Positions 56,385-64,000 of a stretch of 64,000 nt of DNA are shown in pieces. How positions within the stretch are numbered: the first letter of the stretch is position 1; every line of letters begins with the position of its first letter. Under the pieces are notes generated by a model. The model saw nothing but the letters and a program-made list of their open reading frames with translations. It was not told where the DNA came from and did no database searches. Both the position numbers and the translations under genes were made by a program. Origin of the DNA: Octopus sinensis (lineage: Eukaryota); contig NW_021835460.1 of NCBI RefSeq assembly GCF_006345805.1, positions 1-64,000 on the forward strand, written 5' to 3'.

Positions 56385-56826
56385 TTTTCTCTTTTACTTG
56401 TTTCAGGCATTTGACTGTGGCCATGTTGGAGCACCGCCTTTAGTCGAGCAAATCGACCCCGGGACTTATTCTTTGTAAGCCCAGTACTTATTCTATCGGT
56501 CTCTTTTGCGAACCGCTAAGTGACGGTGACCTAAGCACATCCCCATCGGTTGTCAAGCGATGTTATCGGGGCAAATACAGACACAAACACACACACCCAC
56601 ACACACACACACACATAATATATTATATATATAATAATATATATATATATATATATATATACGACAGGCTTCTTTCAGTTTCCGTCTACCAAATCCACTC
56701 ACAAGGCATTGGTCGGCCCGAGGCTATAGTAGAAGACACTTTCCCAAAGTGCCACGCAGTGGGACTGAACCCGGAACCATGTGGTTGTTAAGCAAGCTAC
56801 TTACCGCACAGCCACTCCTACGCCTA
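56385..56826 (-). mobile_element. SINE family A
   Basis: Full-length match. Confidence 0.9.
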
Positions 56827-57997
56827 TAATAATTTAAATATCACACATGAGGATTCGACACGCAAACACAATGGAAACATATGTTCGGTGCGCCAATAGA
56901 AATTATTTATTTCTCTCTCTCTCGTCCTTTCTCCTGCTCTTCAAAATCCTTTATAAAGGAAATTTTCGAACGAAATATCTGATCTAAGATAACATCTCAA
57001 TATCTGTGTTATTGCTATTTTATAAAAGTTTTACCTGCATTGTTATCGCCTTCTGATTAAATTCCTATTATATTCCATATGTCTTCAAAGTACAACTTAC
57101 TTAGCATACATCCACGGCCGCGGTGAAAATTATTCTTAGGGTCAACGTTTACTTAAGACTATATAAGAAATATTGAATTTCTAAATCTCTCGTAGAGACA
57201 TGTACGGTGGTGGGGCGATAGAATGGTTGTATACTGTCAATCTAACAAGAACGTGACAGTAGGGGGTACACCACCGCTGTATAGCCCTAGGAAGCATCGA
57301 AACGCCTCCTGATGGCTTTGACACAGGGAAAAATGTGTCAAAAGCCATCAGGAGGCGTTCGATGCTTCCTAGGGCTATACAGCGGTGGTGTACCCCCTAC
57401 TGTCACGTTCTTGTTAGATTGACAGTATGCAACCATTCTTTACTTAAGACTGTCTTCTAGCTAATTCAATTTTGGACCAAATTTAATGTTGGCAAGTTCA
57501 TTGTAAAAGGACCTATGCTCCACTACATTTTAAACAGAAAATTTGTTAAATAAAAAAAAAATTTCGATAAAATGTGCTAAAAAATCGGGGAGTAATGCAT
57601 GGATGCAAATTCTAAGCGGTATGGTTTCCTTATTTCTTTATTTTTTGTGTTTTAGCTCCACTTAAACCAAAGATCTTACTTAATAAGAGAAATCGAATTA
57701 GGAAAGCCTCGTCTAAACTGATGCAGTGAAAACAAAAAACAAAAACTTATGAAGCAAAATCAGACAAATCGGATCGACGGTAACGCCTGATATCGCCTTT
57801 AAATCATTATGACTCTGTTACTTTAGGAAAACATTATAATATATTTAAGCTTTCTTGAAAGATCTGAATTAAGAAACGAACACGGTAAAACAACGTCAAC
57901 ATTGGCTCAGTTGATACAATCTCTAACAGGGTAAAAAGTGGTTTAAATTCGAGGTCGATCACTAGGGCATTAAGCTGCTGATATGCTTCTGTGTGAA

Positions 57998-58745
57998 GGC
58001 GGCGAGCTGGCAGAAACGTTAGCACGACGGGCGAAATGTTTATTTGTATTTCGTCTGTCTTTACGTTCTGAGTTCAAATTCCGCCGAGGTCGACTTTGCC
58101 TTTCATCCTTTCGGGGTCGATAAATTAAGTACCAGTTACGCACTGGGGTCGATGTAATCGACTTAATCCCTTTGTCTGTCCTTGTTTGTGCCCTCTGTGT
58201 TTAGCCCCTTGTGGGTAGTAAAGACATATATATTTCGTCTGTCTTTACGTTCCGAGTTCTAATTCCGCCGAGGTCGACTTTGCCTTTCATCCTTTCGGGG
58301 GTCGATTAATTAAGTACCAGTTACGCACTGGGGTCGATGTAATCGACTTAATCCCTTTGTCTGTCCTTGTTTGTGCCCTCTGTGTTTAGCCCCTTGTGGG
58401 TAGTAAAGACATATATATTTCGTCTGTCTTTACGTTCCGAGTTCTAATTCCGCCGAGGTCGACTTTGCCTTTCATCCTTTCGGGGGTCGATTAATTAAGT
58501 ACCAGTTACGCACTGGGGTCGATGTAATCGACTTAATCCCTTTGTCTGTCCTTGTTTGTGCCCTCTGTGTTTAGCCCCTTGTGGGTAGTAAAGAAATATA
58601 TATTTCGTCTGTCTTTACGTTCCGAGTTCTAATTCCGCCGAGGTCGACTTTGCCTTTCATCCTTTCGGGGTCGATAAATTAAGTACCAGTTTCGTACTGG
58701 GGTCGATCTAATCCACTGGCTCCTTCCCCAAATATTTCGGGCCTT
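57998..58745 (+). mobile_element. SINE family B tetramer (185-bp bodies; last body has the alternative tail)
   Basis: Junctions near 58230, 58415 and 58600. Confidence 0.9.
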
Positions 58746-58770
58746 GTGCCTAGAGTAGAAAAGGATATGC

Positions 58771-58846
<76 letters not shown>

Positions 58847-58849
58847 ATA

Positions 58850-59905
58850 ACATGAAGGTGAGCTGAAAAGTTCATAGGCTGTGAAGGCATGACGCTAGAG
58901 CTGTGAAATCTCACATGCATTAATTCCAGCTAAACTTATTAACGACTGCATTGCTTCTGTCAACGAAAACTGATATCTGACTGGTCAAAGAAGGCTTGAA
59001 AAGTAACTAGTAGCGACTTCCCTTCAAAATCGATAAAAAATTTCGCATTGCAGCGTTACCAAGTATCTGCAGAGAAAGGGTTTAGCCCTAAAGGACATTC
59101 ATACTGATATGCTTTCTACATTAGGAGGCGCAATGCCCAGTGGAGGCGCAATGGCCCAGTGGTTAGGGCAGCGGACTCGCGGTCGTAGGATCGCGGTTTC
59201 GATTCCCAGACCGGGCGTTGTGAGTGTTTATTGAGCGAAAACACTTAAAAGCTCCACGAGGCTCCGGCAGGGGATGGTGGTGGTGATCCCTGTTGTACTC
59301 TTTCGCCACAACTTTCTCCCACTCTTACTTCCTGTTTCTGTTGTGCCTGTATTTCAAAGGGGCCGGTCTTGTCACTCTCTGTGTCACGCTGAATATCCCC
59401 GAGAACTACGTTAAGGGTACACGTGTCTGTGGAGTGCTCAGCCACTTACACGTTAATTTCACGAGCAGGCTGTTCCGTTGATTCGGATCAACCGGAACCC
59501 TCCTCGTCGTAACCGACGGAGTGATTCTACATTAGGGGATGACGCACCAGCTTTATTAACAGTGCGAAAGTGGGGCTGAATTTAGGAGGAAGATGGAGAG
59601 TCAGGAAGATGACCCAACGTCTGTATGGCCTGCAGTTGCCACCACCGAGGAAAATATTGATCGTATTCACCACATGGGGGCAGATGGCAGGCGATTGGCT
59701 ATAAATCAATTAGCCAATCCTGTTAGTATATCCCGTGAGAGAGTGGAAAATATTCTGTGCAATGAACTTGGCATAACAAAATTTTCTGCTCGGTGGGCAC
59801 CGCGTCTTCTGACACTTGTTCAAAAGCGCACCAGGTTGATCACATCACGGAAAAATCTCTCATTGTATGAGGTAGATCCAGCTGGGTTCCTTGAACGTTT
59901 CCTAT
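58850..59905 (+). mobile_element. Mariner 5' half (TIR, HTH region) split by SINE C (59126-59524)
   Basis: GAGCTGAAAAGTTCATAGGC terminus; KYLQ.KG..PKDIH.DM..TLGDDAP...EDDP...ATTEENIDR...ARWAPRLL; SINE TSD TTCTACATTAGG at 59114 and 59525. Confidence 0.9.
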
Positions 59906-59980
59906 AACTATAAGAGATATGTTGTATTTATTATTAATTGTGAGTGAATTTGGTAGACGGAAACTGGAAGAATCCCGTCG

Positions 59981-60011
<31 letters not shown>

Positions 60012-60209
60012 TTTGTTCACGCGAGCCATTATTCAACCTGTGAGGTTATGTGAGAGGGATCTTGCGTGAGATACGGGGTAGCAGGATGGAACCCAGAATC
60101 AGGTGAGTTTCTTAACAACACACCCTGGTTTGCTTTCCGTGTGCAAGAAACGTCCTGTGATTTGTCGTGGCAATAGATGTATGCACGTACGTATTTGCAC
60201 ATGAGTAGA

Positions 60210-60251
60210 TAGACAGATTGATATATAGACAGACAGACGGATAGATAGATC

Positions 60252-60308
<57 letters not shown>

Positions 60309-60316
60309 AGAGATGA

Positions 60317-60375
<59 letters not shown>

Positions 60376-60404
60376 TAGATACATAGATAGATGATGGATG
60401 GATG

Positions 60405-60451
<47 letters not shown>

Positions 60452-60452
60452 G

Positions 60453-60498
<46 letters not shown>

Positions 60499-60787
60499 AT
60501 AATGCAATTTAGATGCCACCATGCGAAAGGAGAAATAAAGAAGGATTTTAAAAATAGGATTGGCAATACAATGGATACTAATTATCCAGAAAGAGTGGAG
60601 ATAGGGGGGGAGAGGGAGATTGGGAGAGAGATGGGAGGTCTTTGATATTAATATTGTCTACATACAATTAGCTTTATGGATGGCGGCAACAATAGCGATT
60701 ACGTTAATAAGAACGCCATCACAAACAAAAAACGTTTACAACTTCGACAATGACGACGGCGGCATCGATGATGATGACGATGACGAC

Positions 60788-60826
<39 letters not shown>

Positions 60827-60827
60827 A

Positions 60828-60875
<48 letters not shown>

Positions 60876-60946
60876 GTGATAATGATGATGACGATGACGA
60901 TGATGACGATGATGATGACGATGATGATGATGATGATGACGATGAC

Positions 60947-60987
<41 letters not shown>

Positions 60988-61214
60988 CGATGATGATGAT
61001 GATGATGATGACGATGATGATGATGATGATGACGATGATGATGACGATGATGATGACGATGATGACGATGATGATGACGATGATGATGATGATGATGACG
61101 ATGATGATGATGACGACGATGATGATTATGATCATGACGATGATGATGATTTTGATGACGACGATGACGGCGACAACGACGACGATGAGGATGATATCAA
61201 GAACAATAATATAA

Positions 61215-61290
<76 letters not shown>
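60210..61290. repeat. (GATA)n, (GAT/GAC)n and (GT)n tracts
   Basis: Direct reading. Confidence 0.95.
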
Positions 61291-61291
<1 letters not shown>

Positions 61292-61299
61292 ATAATCTT

Positions 61300-61700
61300 T
61301 GGGGATCTATTTGACCTGTAAAAAGTCCATTTACATTGCGGTTTGTCGTGAAGAAAATTCTCACTTCCGGCAAGATGTGTTAAAACACCAACAGAGTACT
61401 TCATCGCCATGTGAACCGAGGAATGCCTTTGATGCTCCTTTGCTATCGTCAACATCGATTACCAAGCGGGACATCCCGGAAATGACTTGGGGAGTCGTAG
61501 CTTCCTTATAGAAAATCAGGAGATACTATCCTCTTGAAGGCGTGCGACGGCCGCTGGGTTCGAACAAACTTTGCAATAGGCTCACAATTCAAATATGTTA
61601 GGGATGTTCTTGGCCTGTAAAAAAGGGCCCTTTTCAGTGTGTCGTGGAGAGGCAGGAGATGTTCAAGCACCAAGAATCATGTCAGAAAGATTTCTCATTA
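61300..61700 (-). mobile_element. Possible L1/Tx1-like ORF2 3' remnant
   Basis: LPLHDTL.RALFY.P and a terminal ..KW; weak and frameshifted. Confidence 0.3.
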
Positions 61701-62732
61701 GTCTAAAACATATAGGGGTGGACAGTCCACTATCCATATTTACAAAAAGATAATTTGATTTAATCTAACTACTGACTAGTTTTTGTAGGTACTCGTGAAA
61801 TAGAGTACAATTAGTCAAATTAAAAAAACTGATTAAGTACAGTGGTACATAACCATTCAATTGAAAATCTCTTGTGTACAAGAGTACAACAAATAAATTC
61901 AGACATAATCGATAAATTAGAACCTTCTGGTTGTATAAAGGAGTGCATCCAATGAATATAGGAGCATACAGTTGACCAACTGAAATCCTCTATTTTGAGG
62001 ACTAATCAGCTAATCGATATAAAACCTCTGACTTCGTACAGGAGTACACAATCAATTAATCATCAATGAAACTTCTGACATCCAATACGACCGCCCTAAA
62101 TTCACTCTGCAACTATTATTAATCTATTAAGATAGTTTGTATTGATTAGAGACAACACAGATTTCTTCATAAATCAAAACTCTATACCAAAATGGAGAAC
62201 TCTGAAAGACAATACTTAATGGTGTTGCAATCATAGACATCAGCAATTTGGCACCGAACGTCCACCACCACTTTCCCTACAGTGTTGTATTTGTAATTGT
62301 TTTGTATTATTTTTACATTGTTGTTGTTGTTGTTATTGTTGTTACTGTTCCTGTTGTTGTTGTTGTTGTTGTTGGTCTTACTACAAGCGTTGCTTTTTCT
62401 TCATTCAACAAACTGCGCAGCGCTTCAGGAATGCAAATCGAATGCATTTTCTTGATTTTTTTTTGTTTCTTCCAGTATTCTCGTTCCACTGCTGCAATTC
62501 ATCATCATTACCCTTATCATCATCATCATCATCATCATCATCATCGTTATCATCATCATCAGCAGCAGCAGCAAAAGCAGTGGTTGGGAAAGCAGCACAC
62601 TATGATATATATTATGTTTAAGGCATACAGAGTATTATGACATATAGTATATGATGGTACATACTGTACGGTAGAGCATACTGCAATATAGCATATACTG
62701 CATCATTGTACATACTATATTATTGCACATGG

Positions 62733-62789
<57 letters not shown>

Positions 62790-62795
62790 ATAGAT

Positions 62796-62836
<41 letters not shown>

Positions 62837-62842
62837 TCTTTA

Positions 62843-63248
62843 TTTTTTTACTTGTTTCAGTCATTTGACTGCGCCCATGCTGGAGCAGCGCCTTTAGTCA
62901 AGCAAATCAACCCCAGGACATATTCTTTGTAAGCCTAGTACTTATTCTATCGGTCTCTTTTGCCGAACCACTAAGTTATGGGGACGTAAACACACCAGTA
63001 TCGGTTGTCGAGCGATGTTGTGGGGGGACAAACACAGATACATAAACATATACACACACATACATATACATATATACATATATACGACAGGCTTCTTTCA
63101 GTTTCTGTCTACAACATCCACTCACAAGGCTTTGGTCGGCCCGAGGCTATAGTAGAAGACACTTGCCCAAGGTGCCACGCAGTGGGACTGAACCCAGAAC
63201 CATGTAGTTGGTAAGCAAGCTACTTACCACATAGCCACTCCTTCGCCT

Positions 63249-63250
<2 letters not shown>
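62843..63250 (-). mobile_element. SINE family A
   Basis: Full-length match. Confidence 0.9.
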
Positions 63251-63307
<57 letters not shown>

Positions 63308-63316
63308 CATACATAA

Positions 63317-63408
<92 letters not shown>

Positions 63409-64000
63409 GTGTGTGTACATATGTGTGTGTTTGTGTATTTGAAAGTCTATGAGAATTACTTAATACAGTTTTCGAAGTGTAAAGGTGATTTATAAACAGA
63501 AATATATATATATATATATTAATGTTATGAAATATTTTATGGGGATGTTACTAACCTTCATTGGGAAGAAGTTTTTTTTCTAATATGTGAGCGTTTTCGT
63601 TAAACCTTTTCAAACACCCGAGCTCTTAAAGAGGAAATTCTGTACTACAATTTATACTATACATTGGTATAATCTACACTATGGCATATTGCCGTCTATA
63701 GTATATACTATGTTATGCTATACACTGTACTAAATATATGACATTTCTACCAAGAAAACATTCCTGGGTTCTATGTGATGTTACTTCAGCATTTCATATA
63801 CCGAAACATGCTGCATCTAATGTGAGAACCTCATGTGACTATGCTTCTATATCAAATATGCTGACACTTCTGCACTTCTTTTGACGACACCTCGACATCA
63901 ATTTAGAAAATCTAGATTTCATCTAACGATACTTTCACTTTCTCTTTTGATCTCATAGCATGTAAAACCACTGAAATGTTCGAGTTATTGCGTGTTTTGA

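Overview
Eukaryotic, AT-rich, repeat-saturated window. The SINE families, microsatellite load and intron scale suggest a cephalopod, probably Octopus (inference; no database search possible). The only well-supported host coding feature is a 143-bp exon (49117-49259, +) encoding IKMWA...RPDSFLERF, the N-terminal signature of cyclic-nucleotide-gated channel alpha subunits, so much of the window is probably intron or upstream DNA of a CNGA-like gene. The rest is layered mobile DNA: about 30 tRNA-derived SINE copies, several decayed R4/Dong-type RLE LINEs (one near full length and split by SINEs), a decayed Penelope-like element (RT plus C-terminal GIY-YIG), an RTE 3' end, mariner remnants, a Helitron, a 54-bp hAT MITE, a 24-bp minisatellite and many microsatellites. 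Most interesting: minimal hammerhead-ribozyme motifs in at least four unrelated microsatellite-associated elements, three long near-perfect palindromes, SINE multimers with a recurrent junction, and a SINE carrying the same 230-bp 5' extension at two loci. Nearly all ORFs in the supplied track are microsatellite artefacts. Coordinates were counted by hand; ends of decayed elements are approximate.
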